Position numbers and translations under genes: made by a program. The notes under the pieces are model-generated. The model saw nothing but the letters and a program-made list of their open reading frames with translations, was not told where the DNA came from and did not search any database. This document shows, piece by piece, positions 1 to 32,029 of a DNA stretch of 64,000 bases (within the stretch, counting starts at the first letter, position 1; every line of letters starts with the position of its first letter). Source of the stretch: Antechinus flavipes (lineage: Eukaryota); contig NC_067401.1 of assembly GCF_016432865.1 (NCBI RefSeq), positions 30,256,001 through 30,320,000 on the forward strand, given 5' to 3'.

Positions 1-2819
1 CCTTTCCTGGGCCGGATAGGGCTGCCTGAGGCCCCGGGGCCTCCGTAGTCACGCCTGCGGTCCGGGCCCTGACCTTGCTCTGAGCAGGCCCCCTCGGCGC
101 TGACTGGATGGGGTTGGGGCGACGGAGGGGGGGCAGCTTCTGGGATCTCCCGCCAGCACCCCCCAAGCTGGAACAGCCGCCGTCCATAAGGCCCCGGATA
201 TGATCCCTGAGACTCTCTTCTCGTGTCCGTTACTCTGCCACCGGGGAGCTGTTCCTTGGGTTAAACTTTGCTTTTCAAAATCATCCGATAAGGAATAAGT
301 CCCAGACTCCAGGAGTGGGTGTGGGACAGCTGGACAAAGGGCCGTGGGTTTAGGTCCCAAGTGACCCAGACCGGTGACCCTTTGTCTCCCGGACGAGGTG
401 CCTGCCCTCGTTCCCAGTCCCAGGTTACGCTGGCCGGCTTTGCCGCCCCCTCCTCAGAGGCAGAGGTCGGTGGCTCCCTCCGTCACATCTCGGGCCCCTT
501 GTCCCATCTGACTTCGGAATCTCCGAGCCAGAAGGGCCTGGAAGCCATATTATGGAGGAAGAAGCGGGCCCAGAGGAGAAATGACTCACCCACTATCCAA
601 CGGGCGGCAAAGGGAGATTTGGACCTGGTTCTCCGGAGCCCCCGTCCCCTTCCCCTGGCCTCGGTGCCCGCCTCCTCCCCTGCATTTCACCCTCAGCTCT
701 GTTCCTTCCTCTCCCATGAGGGACGTGCAGGAGGCGAGGCAGGGCTCGGTGGGCCAGAATCTTCTGCTCTGGAGACGGGCCTGCCCCGGAAGCCCCCTCT
801 CTGCCCAGAGGAAGCTGTTGTTTCACTGCCCGCCCCCAGACTCAGAGTTAAGGTGGCCACTGCTGCTCGGAGGTCTCTGGAGGTTTTTATTTCATTGTAT
901 AAATGGTTCTCCGGTTTTCTGCTCTGCTCTGCCCTGGCTCACACAGATCTGACCCAGTTTCTCTTAATTCTGCGTATTCATCGCTGCTTGTGGTGCCGTA
1001 AGTCCGGCCGCAGCTATCCCGGGGGGGGCACCCACTGCCAAGAAGCCTGTTCCCAGCATGGCGGCGCTCTCTGGGGCCTGTCCGGGCCTCCTGGCCGGGG
1101 CCCACGCAGTATCATCCGGAGGGCCGGCCTCTAGGCCGATCGTGTCTCCTTACCCAGGGCTTCCGCCGGCCTGTAGGAGACCCCCCCTCTCCCCCGCCAC
1201 TGGGCGAGTGACTGGCCCCTCTGGGCCGGGCTCCTTCTCTGGGAATGACCCCCAGTCATCCCTGGGACCCCCTAAAGCCTCACGGAGGCAGAACCTCAGT
1301 CCTTCGTCTTTGTTCCCTCTTCGGGATGTTTAGTCTAAGGCCAGTTACCCAGCCTGCCTCCGGCCGGCCCTCCTGGCTGCCCCTGCCCATCCCCTCTCCC
1401 TCAAGCTTCAGCCCCCGACGTGGGCGTTCGAGGCCCTCTGTCTCCCTTTCCCATCTTGCGGTTAATTTGCCCAACTAGGCTTTTCTGCTTGTTCCCCCGA
1501 GTCTGTGGCGGCCCGTTCCAGTTCCCCTCCCCCACGAAGCCCCCTCCCCTTCCGTGCCTCCGCCACCCCCCAGGCCAAAGCGCTTTCCTTGCCTCCCCTC
1601 CGGCTTCCGTGCCTTTTGTATCCTGTCCGCCTGCAGATTTCTGTTGGAGAGGGGGCCTGTGGGACCCCAAGTGCCTCCCGTGGCACTGTATATACTGCAG
1701 GTGCTTAATAAACGCTTGTTGGCTCAAGCCTCGGGGTCATCGGTTCTGGGGCATGGGGGGGGGGGCCGGCCCTGATCTCCCCCCACGGGGCCTGGTCTGG
1801 AGTCAAGATCTCTCGTTTTACCTCCACCCCCTTATTCCAGAATAGCAGGCGTTAGGGGCTCCCCGACCCCCTGGCGGAGCCTCAGCCTGTGAGGGGCAGG
1901 AAGGGGCACTTCCTCTTGCGTGAAGGCAGAGCAGGGACCCCGGACACAGCCCCCGGGCCTCCCTCCCAGGGAGAGCAGAGCACCCATGCTTCAGGTCCGC
2001 GCCCACCAATGAACGGGGAAGGGGAAGGGCAGGGTCGCAGGTGACGCCGGAGCTTTGTCCGAGGCCGGAGGAGGGGCCCCCAGTCAGTCCCGGGGGGGAC
2101 GTGCGGTGCCAGGAGCAGCGGGGGTGACTTTGTGGGGGCCATTGGTGGGAAGGGAGCAGGGCCTTTTCTGTCCCCCCCCCCCAGGCTCTTTAGAGCTACT
2201 GCGGCCCGGCCAGACCTCCATGCTGATTCCCCAGCTCTCCCCAGGCAGAGGGGAAAAGGTCCTCCCGGGAAGGAGGGGGCTGGAAGGAAGCATCATCCCC
2301 GAGGCTCAATGGGCTGCTGGCAGGAGGCTGGCAGGGCCACATCACCCCATGCAGGCTGCCATAGCAACCAGGCAGGACCCACCCCCTTCTGGCTCTTCGG
2401 AGGAGGAGGGGGTCAGAGGTAACTGGCGGTCAGGCCGCCCAGATGGGGGGGGTCGGGTTTAACTCCTTCTGTTCTTCCCTATGGTCCAGTTAGGATGGGG
2501 GGGGGGGGTTTGGACCAGGAGGTGGAACTTGTCCCAGGGGCTTTGGGCCCTGAATGGGGGGGGGGGGGGCAGCGGTGCCGGGCTCTGCCTCGGGGAGCCC
2601 TTGTCGGGTGCCTCCGGACGACCACAGGGGAGGGGGCTCTGCCCGAGCTGGGCCCAGAGCCTTCTGCTCCTCCGCCCATGGAACGCTCCGGGCTGCCCCC
2701 TCCCCAGAGGGCATCGGCCGGAGCTGGCCCCTGTGCCGGGAGGGCGGCGGGAAGGGGGCCGTGGTCTCGGGCCCAGCTGGGGGGGGTCTGGGGTCCACAG
2801 CTCCAGGGGGGTCTGAGGC

Positions 2820-3025
2820 CTCTGGGAGAGCCGGGAGAAGGGGGAAAGGGAGGGATGGTGAGGGGGAGAAACAAAAGGGAGGCCAAGGGGAGGGGAGAGG
2901 CAGACAAAGGGGAAGGGGTGAGGGGGAGGAAGGGGCAGGGGATAGGAGGTGGGGGTGGCAAAGGGATGGAAAGAAAAGGGAGAGGAGGGTGTGTGAAGAA
3001 GGGGGAAGAGGGAGGGGGCTAGGCC
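2820..3025 (+). repeat. Purine-rich (G/A) low-complexity tract upstream of the PROCA1 TATA box
   Basis: About 200 nt dominated by G/A on the + strand, with many G3-G5 runs. Confidence 0.7.
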
Positions 3026-3078
3026 GGGGGCCTTAGCCCCTCCCCGGCAGATCAGGCCACCCGCGGCCTTGGGGGCTG

Positions 3079-3085
3079 TATAAGG
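3079..3085 (+). promoter_or_regulatory. TATA-like box of the PROCA1/PLA2 gene
   Basis: TATAAGG 55 nt upstream of the ATG; one of very few AT-rich words in a GC-rich promoter. Confidence 0.6.
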
Positions 3086-3133
3086 CTGCGGGGGGAGGAG
3101 AGACTCGCTCGGAGACTCGGAGCTGGCCAGGCC

Positions 3134-3290
3134 ATGAGTGCCCGGGGCTGCTGGCTGGGGCTGCCGCTGCTGCTGACCGCCGTGGCCGGGGGCCTGGGGG
3201 CCGCCCCCCACCGGGCCAAGAGGGGCTTCACTTACCCGGGCACGCTGTGGTGCGGGGCGGGAAACAACGCCGAGAGCTACGAGCAGCTAG
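3134..3290 (+). CDS. PROCA1: PROCA1/PLA2 exon 1: signal peptide, RAKR propeptide, Ca2+-binding loop
   Basis: [52 protein letters not shown]; donor CTAG|gtgagg. Confidence 0.92.
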
Positions 3291-4658
3291 GTGAGGGGGC
3301 AGAGCGGGCGCCCGGCCAGGGGGTGCCCTGGGTCACAGGTCACAGTTCGCGGCCTCTGCCCGAGGGCTGGAGGCGCAGGGGACGGGCCAGCAGCTGGGCA
3401 GCGGGAGGAGGCGGCGCCGGGCGCAGTCCTCGCCCTTGGGGGGCAGGTACTGGAAGGCGCAGGTTGGGAGGGAGGCGGGGCCTGGGGCCTGGGGGCACTA
3501 AGCTCCCGCCCCCTCCCCCCACCAGGGGAGCTGGAGGAGACAGACAGATGCTGTCGAGAGCACGACCAGTGCCAGCAGGTCATCCACCCCTTCACCATTG
3601 GCTACGGCCACCACAACTTCCGCTGGCACACCATCAGCCACTGCGACTGCGACGCTCGGTGAGCCGGGGGCCTCGGGTCGAAGCGGGGGTCTCGGGTCAG
3701 TGTGGGGGCCTCGGGTCGAAGCGGGGGTCTCGGGTCGGCGCGGTGGTCTCAGGTCGGCACGGGGGTCTCGGGTCGGCGCGGGGGCCTTGGGTCGGGCCGG
3801 GCCCTCCCACCTCGAGGAGGAGTTGGGTGCCCCAGGGGGCCCCTGGGTGGGGTTCCCTGCCTCGGGCTCTGCTTCTCAGTCCCCTCGGAGGGGGGTGGGG
3901 ATGGGAGGGGCGGGGGCCAGGGGCCGGGCTGAGAGCTGGGTGTCTGCAGGCTGAAGGCGTGCCTGCGGCAGGTGAACGACGCGGCGTCCCGAGCCGTGGG
4001 CCAGGCCTTCTTCAACGTCATCCAGGTGCCCTGCTTCGAGCTCACCTACGAGGAGCAGTGTGTGGAGCGCTACTGGTACGGCTGGTGAGTGTGGCCGGCG
4101 CGGGGGCGGGCCGCCCTCCTGGCCCCCTGTACTGGTGCCCTCCCTTCCCTCCGCAGGTGCAAAAGCTACGGGCCCCGGCCGCGGGCAGTGCTGCAGGATC
4201 CCGCGCTCTACGAGTTTGGGGGGCCCACCCTCCGCGTCCCGCCGCCCGGCAGCACCACCCCCCCGGGGCGTCCCCCCCGAAGCCGGAGGGTCCGGCTCCC
4301 CACGGCCACTCAGGGTGGCAAGGGCGCCTGGAAGGGGAAGAAAAAGGAGAAAAGGACCAAGAAAAAGGGCCTCTCGCTGACACCCCCTGGCTGGGAGCCC
4401 CGGCTGGGCAGAGAGCCAGAGGAGGGGAAGAGCTCTGTGCCCCCCGGCCAGGAGGGCGCGGCCCCGGACTGGGGCGCCCAGGACCGCGGCTCTAACGACA
4501 TCCTCCAGGATGAGCTCGAAGCCGAGGGGCCGGCAGGGCCTCCCAGAGCGACCGAGGTCAAGGCCATGGGCCGGTCAAAGGGGAGGAGGAAGGGGCGTCG
4601 AGGGAGGAACGGGCCCGGGAAGAGCGTGGCGCCCTCGACGGGGCCGAGCCTCAGCTGA
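3134..4658 (+). CDS. PROCA1: PROCA1 orthologue encoding an apparently intact secreted group III phospholipase A2 with a basic C-terminal tail (308 aa, 4 exons)
   Basis: join(3134..3290,3526..3658,3950..4084,4157..4658) = 927 nt, all GT-AG, phases 1/2/2. gccATG Kozak context. Signal peptide, [17 protein letters not shown] Ca loop, [53 protein letters not shown], the Lys-rich tail and the final PSLS match human PROCA1 as recalled. Convergent with SUPT6H as in human synteny. Confidence 0.9.
3526..3658 (+). CDS. PROCA1: PROCA1/PLA2 exon 2: catalytic His-Asp and CDCD
   Basis: ccaccag|GG acceptor; [44 protein letters not shown]; donor CG|gtgagc. Confidence 0.92.
3666..3798. repeat. 19-bp GC-rich minisatellite, 7 copies, in PROCA1 intron 2
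   Basis: Units of GGGGG(C/T)CTCGGGTCG+4 nt, starting 7 nt after the donor. Confidence 0.85.
3950..4084 (+). CDS. PROCA1: PROCA1/PLA2 exon 3
   Basis: tctgcag|G acceptor; [45 protein letters not shown]; donor TG|gtgagt. Confidence 0.92.
4157..4658 (+). CDS. PROCA1: PROCA1/PLA2 exon 4: last Cys plus Pro/Lys/Arg-rich tail
   Basis: ccgcag|G acceptor; [20 protein letters not shown]...[12 protein letters not shown]...GPSLS, TGA at 4656-4658. Confidence 0.88.
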
Positions 4659-4803
4659 GGGGCAGCGGGCACCAGGCGCTCTCCCTCGCTCCTCCCCTGG
4701 CACCGGTGCCCGGGCAGGGCTTTCTGGTGGCTGTCCAGGGGCTGTCAGCTCCCGGGGGCTCTGTGGAGAGGGCCGGGTGTGAGCGGAATCCAGATGAAGC
4801 CAC

Positions 4804-4809
4804 AATAAA
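4804..4809 (+). terminator. Polyadenylation signal, PROCA1/PLA2
   Basis: AATAAA about 145 nt after the stop codon. Confidence 0.75.
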
Positions 4810-5515
4810 AACTCTTGGGGCGGAGCCCCACCCCCAGGGGCACGGCCTGCTTTCCCTCAGCTCGGCGCAGGGAGGGGCCAGGCCGAGTCTGCCCAGAGCT
4901 CTTTGGGGGGCTACAGCACTAACAGCCCCTCCCCTCTCCCTCTGCTGTGACCCCGAGGGAGGAAGCGAGAGCTGATAAGGACGGGCAGAAGGCCAGGGCC
5001 GGCCAGTGGCAGTGACCATTCAGCAGGGATGGGCCCAGTCAGGGGAGCGGCGCAGTGTGGAAGGCACCAGAAGCAGCCCAACGGCCCAGGCTGGGGTGGG
5101 GGGCAGGGGCCTCTGGAGGCCAAGGGCAGCCCCTCTCTCCCTGGGTGGGGGGAGGGCTGGCCCACTTTCCCAGGCTTCTCTAACAAAGCTGGGAGGAAGC
5201 CCATGTACACGAAGCCCCCAGAGGCCAACCGCGGTGAACAAGAAAGTGTGGGGAGGAGACTGGGATGGGGCCCAGTGCCCCGCAGTGCTGATGTCGCAAA
5301 GAACGCCTAACAGTGGGGGCCGGGGCAGATCCTGGTGGTCCCGGAGGGCGGAAGAGCCACAAGATGCCTTTTCACGGAGGATTCCCCGGCTCGGGAACAG
5401 CACCGGCACCCCGAGGCGACAGGGCAGACCCCGAGTGGGCACCGGGCCGCCCAAGCTTTTTGAGGGGCCCCGGCAGCTGGAGAGAGACGCGGCACCACGC
5501 TCTGTAGAAACACTG

Positions 5516-5521
5516 TTTATT
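5516..5521 (-). terminator. Polyadenylation signal, SUPT6H
   Basis: TTTATT on + (AATAAA on -), about 540 nt past the stop codon. Confidence 0.7.
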
Positions 5522-6063
5522 CCAATGGACAGGGCGGAAGCTGCAGTGAGGGGCGGCCATGCAGCGGCAAGGCGGGTGGGGATGGGGAGGGAAGGGTCGC
5601 CCCGACTCTCCTGCTCCGGGGAGCGGCTGCCACCCCAGCTTTTGGCTTCAACATCAGGTAGTTTTCCTCTCTTCCGGCCCTCCCCTAACCCGAACCCCTC
5701 CCTGAATAAATAGCATCTCCTGCAGAACTGGAGCCCGGGGGCGGGGGAATGTCTCTTGTCGGGAGAGCCCGGCGCCCCACGTCGCAGCCCCGACTTGGTG
5801 GGGACAGGAGCCCGGAGAATGACATGGAACACACTCCTCCCGGCCCGTCCTCCATTCCCCGCCCGAGACGGGGGTCAGCGTGGGGAGGCCTGCCACCAAG
5901 CACCTGGACTCGTACACACGGGTGACCTTCCCATCACCCGTCCAAGCTGACCAGCATGGAAAATGTCACGTCACGCCATCAAATGGACAGACCGGAGTTC
6001 TGGGAGAGGGCTTGGCCGGCCCCGCTCAGCCCTGGAGGTGACCCGAGTCCCAGGGCGGGCTCC

Positions 6064-27674
<21,611 letters not shown>

Positions 27675-29266
27675 TCACACAATGCTTCAAGGAGATCTGA
27701 TGAAGAGATGCAGGCTGAGAACCAGGAATTTTGTCTTCCCTAGAGGTTCTTAAACCTGCTAGGAGGGTGAAAGCAGAACCAAGACTCTCAGTCTTGGAAG
27801 CTATTTGCAGCCCTTGTCTCCACCAAGATAAACTCTTCCCTGGGGATAGGCTGGTTGCTAGGAGCTCACTTAGATGGCCTGGCTTCCATTCCTCCTTTCT
27901 TTCATTCTCTACTTTGGATATATATATCCCCTTTCTTGCCCAGATAATTTTCATTGCTATCATGCCACCTGACCTCTAATATCTTTAAGAACATGGCTTA
28001 GATAGTTGGGGTATAATGTAGGGATCCCCATCTTACAGATGGACCTCGGCTCCTTTCTCTGTAAAATGATAGGGTTCAATTAGATCTCTCGAAGGTTTCC
28101 TCCAGGATCAACCTGTCTGTTGCAATCTTAGCTCTTCCTCCTCCCCACAGGAACTTTCTGCTCCAGCAAGATGAGTCTCCTTAATGTCTCCTGAGCATTT
28201 CATGTGTGGGGTCCCTAAATCCCTACTGACCTATCCAATGCCTACCTTGCACTGACGTCTCCCCTCATCACCACACAACATAATGAGTTCTCTCTTCTGA
28301 ATCCCTCAAATACTTGCTGACTCTTCCACTTCTTCAGAAACACTGATCCAAAGCCTCCTATCCACAGTGTAGTTACTACACTAGGCCACTAGAGGAGGAA
28401 CAGGAAATATCACATAGGCCTTGCTCCTAAAAAACTTACATTTTATAAAGGAAATAAGACCAGAACACATATAAACAATAAAATTTAAAATATGGTTAAA
28501 TGCATAAAACAGGTATAAAGTATTGAGAGTTCATATTCAAGAAAGATTACTATAAATCTGAGAGGCTAGAAACTACGGGGGATGTTGGGGCAAGGTTCTC
28601 AGAAAATGGGCAATTTTTTTTTTTTTTTTACCAGTAGAATTCTAATAGGCAAGGATGGGAGGCCATTCTAAGCACAGGGGAATATGTGAAGGGTGAGACA
28701 TAGGAAAGCACAGGAAGTGTTCAGTACAGTTATTGCCAGGGATAAACGGGAAGTCGATGCTTGTTTGCAGTTAGAGGAAGATTTCTGAAAGCCAGAATCT
28801 GGGCTTTATTTGGCAGAGAATGGAGAGCTGTGGAAAATCCTGGGGCATTCAAACTACAGACAAACTATACATCAAAACAATTAATTCAGGCAGTTGTTGG
28901 AAGGATAAGGGGGAAGGGTTGTAGAGGGAGACCTTGAGGTAGAAGCAAATTCATCTCCTGTATCACTGTCCGACAAGTGGGTGTCTTATCTCAATTATAT
29001 TAAATACAGAGGGGAGAGTTTCTAATACTTCTTCATATCCCTCAGCACTAGCACAATGCTATTTACATGATAAGTGCTCAACAAATTCTTGCATTATAAA
29101 TAAATCCAGCTTTATGTTCTTTATTTTATCATCATCAAGAAAACCTGGGGGCACCAAAGCAATATCCACTAGTTAACCAACTAGATAACTTTGATCTGTA
29201 CCTATACCAATCTTTGGTCAAAGCAAAGTAAAAATTTACAGGTTGTCAAGGTAGGTGTGTATGTAT

Positions 29267-29284
29267 ACACACACACACACACAC
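29267..29284. repeat. (AC)n microsatellite
   Basis: About 9 AC units. Confidence 0.85.
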
Positions 29285-29395
29285 GTATATGTCTATGTGT
29301 ATGCATATCATGTTTCCTGGTAGCATAATAGGAAAATTAAAAACTAAAGTTTGACCCTATGGACCTAGTGACTTGTGAAGATGGCCCTCAAACTC

Positions 29396-29720
29396 AAATT
29401 TTGACAGTGGCCTCCAGCACACTACTGGGTAGTGGATGTAACACTGGGCTTGGAGACTCTCCTCTTTCCGAGTTCAAATCTGGCCTCAGATACTTAGTAG
29501 CTAGTGACAAGTCATTGTCACTAATGTGATTAGAAAAGGAAATAGCCTAGTCCCACGAAAGAGCAAAGGTTAACAGAAGGCAGATCAAGTACTACACTGT
29601 TACCCAAGGATAATGGAAAAATTTTGACTGTGGCCTCCAGCACACTACTGGGTAGTGGATGTAACACTAGCTTGGAGGCTTCTTTCTGAGTTCCAATGTG
29701 GCCTCAGATACTTAGTAGCT
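29396..29720 (+). repeat. Local direct duplication of a SINE head and its flank (29396-29502 and 29619-29720)
   Basis: 38-bp identical run tggcctccagcacactactgggtagtggatgtaacact, plus shared tggcctcagatacttagtagct. Confidence 0.85.
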
Positions 29721-30529
29721 TCTGATAAGTGATTTAACCCTTGGTTTGATTCAGTTTCCTTCTAACACTTGAATAGCCACAACTCCAGCATATTTAGTAG
29801 CTCTTTGATGGAGGCTCAAAGACAGAGATCACAGGATGCTTTGCACCTGGCCCTGTTGGGCGGAGTCGGTATACTGATCAGATCATGGATCTACCAAAAT
29901 ATGGAAGCTTCAGAGAGCCTGGGAGAAAGTTCAGATTGGCATAGCACCCAAATAAGTCCTGAAGAGCTGTTAGGAAAACCTATAGGAAGAAAGTGTAAGT
30001 TGGTTGGTGGGCTGGAGAAAAGAGGTCAAGACTCGACCTGATTGCTAGTGACTAAGAGCTCCAAGGCCCCCAGCAAAAGCTGATTGATTGGTTGGTTGTT
30101 TTTCCTCCTGGCTTGGATTTGCTCTGAGGCCTCCCACACGTCATTCCTTTCTGTCCAATTGGAGTACCTGTTTTCAATCATTCCTAAAGTCCAGGTCACC
30201 TGGCTGTGGTGACCAGCACTGGGTGCTGGCACCTCCTTCCAACCACATTTGGGGTTTCTAATTATAACTTCCTCCCTAATCCCCCCCAGCATAGAATCGC
30301 ACCATTAAAAATAGTTTGGGGTATGACAGCCCCCACACACTGCCTGCCACTCCCAGGCCCATCCATCCCACACAGCCTAACTGAACACTCAATATTTCAC
30401 AGGTCTCAGTCACTGGCAGATCAGATCTGGACACGGGAAGATACTAACAGCCTCCCTCTGACTATGTAGTGGTTGTTGTCTGGAGTACAGAACAAACCAT
30501 TATATGGCATGGTTTCACTACAGAGATGG

Positions 30530-30680
30530 CATGGCCGAGCAGAGAGAATAATGGATTGAAGGCAGGAAGGCTTGGGTTCAAATTCAACTTTCAACACTTA
30601 CTAGCCACTTTATCCTGGATATAGCACTAACTCCTTTAACTTAAAAAGTTTCTCTTCTGTAAAATAAGCAGAAAAACTTT
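30530..30680 (+). mobile_element. MIR SINE
   Basis: gggttcaaattc...cacttactagc...tttctcttctgtaaaata. Confidence 0.6.
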
Positions 30681-32029
30681 CACCTAACACTTCCTTCAAA
30701 TGAGACCATATGTTAATGTGTAAAGGACTATTAGCCCTAGTTCTTCTCCAGGTGAGCAATCAAGTCCCTCCCCCTGGGTTGCTATGCCAAGGGGAAGGAG
30801 GAAGGAGTCTCCCAGCTCTGCCCTGGCCAAGGACACCCCTCTCCAGTTTACTAGGAACAACACCTGTGGCCACAGACACACAGGAGAGACTAGTAGAAGG
30901 CTGTTGGGCGGGAGGGAGGGGGGGCTTTTGTTCACACCCCATTCCTACTCAAAAGTAGCCTAGGGAATGAAGAGGCTTTACACAGAGTTCCTGTGGTGGT
31001 AGAACCTTCCTCCCCAACGGGGTATATGAATGGAATGTGCAACAGAAGCAGGCAACAGGGTGTGGAAGGCAGCAGCCGAACAAGAGGCTGCTGCTGACAA
31101 GGCCCTGATGGCGGTTACCATAGCATCCCTGGGAAGGCAGAAAGGGGAAGGGAGCTCAGATCAGGGTGCCTCAGGGGAGGCTTCCCCCCAACCTGAGAAG
31201 CTGAGGAGGCAATTAAAGGTAAGCAGATAGGAAGAATCTGAAGTGAAATAAGTGGAAGAGGTCAAGTTTGACTATGTTGTCTGCTTTCCATTGTCTCCGT
31301 ATTGCACCACCCTAAACCCTCCACCTAAACTGCCACAGGAGCTTCATGTTCTCTAGCTCACAAACAAGGATCTGCTGGAATAGGTCAAAGTCCTGTAGGA
31401 AAACAGAACTTCCCAGAGCTTCTAAGCTTTACTTTATCACTTGCAAAGGAACGGCACACCTGCTGGGGGCTGGAGGAGAGTTCATTTTAAAGGCTGGGTA
31501 ATAACAACAATTCAAACTAATTGGCTGGGGGAAGGGGAAAACCCCAGACCCCAGAACTTATTTTTCAAAATCAGCTTTAATTTTGTTGCCCAGATACATA
31601 TTCCCCTGGTAAGTTGTTATATGAATAACATATGGGCTGAGATACACATTTCTAAACGGGGATATGTTACTAAGTAGAAGAAAGAGATAAAGGATGCAGA
31701 GATTAAATTAGTTGTTCCTAAAACAAATATATATACAAAGGACATGCAAAACTAAAGTCTGAGTAGTAAAGGTTCTCTCCATCCCATTCAAACAAGTGTA
31801 CCAGGCAACATTCTATCCCTTTTACTTCTCCCTGCACATCTCTCCCTATCCCCCTCAAAACTTGATCCGGACTGTGCCAGTGACTGGCCAGCTGCTCCTC
31901 CAGCCCTCTGATAGGTTGATGCTCAATCCTGGGCAGGCACCATCTCATTACAGGAGGGTGTTGACTTTAGTTACTGTATATTGTGACTTTGGTTACTATA
32001 TATCATGATTTTAATTACTATGTCAACAT

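Noticed and set aside
545-588. CArG-like CCATATTATGG and AP-1 TGACTCA
   Set aside because: The CArG-like site has 7 rather than 6 A/T bases, and a single 7-mer is expected by chance.
319-1134. 271-aa ORF and overlapping ORFs in 1-3000
   Set aside because: No recognisable domain or splice pattern, and no RAB34 peptide is visible. Typical GC-rich shadow ORFs.
4085-4156. Retention of the 72-nt PLA2 intron 3 as an in-frame insert
   Set aside because: In the PLA2 frame it reads TGG TGA, an immediate stop that removes the tenth Cys. No evidence of use.
3134-4495. 453-aa unspliced ORF from the PLA2 start codon
   Set aside because: It reads through intron 1 and leaves the PLA2 frame. Stops are rare at this GC content, and the spliced model restores all conserved motifs.
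5006-5832. 235-aa and 270-aa ORFs between and within the 3' UTRs
   Set aside because: GTG-type starts, low complexity, no homology recognised.
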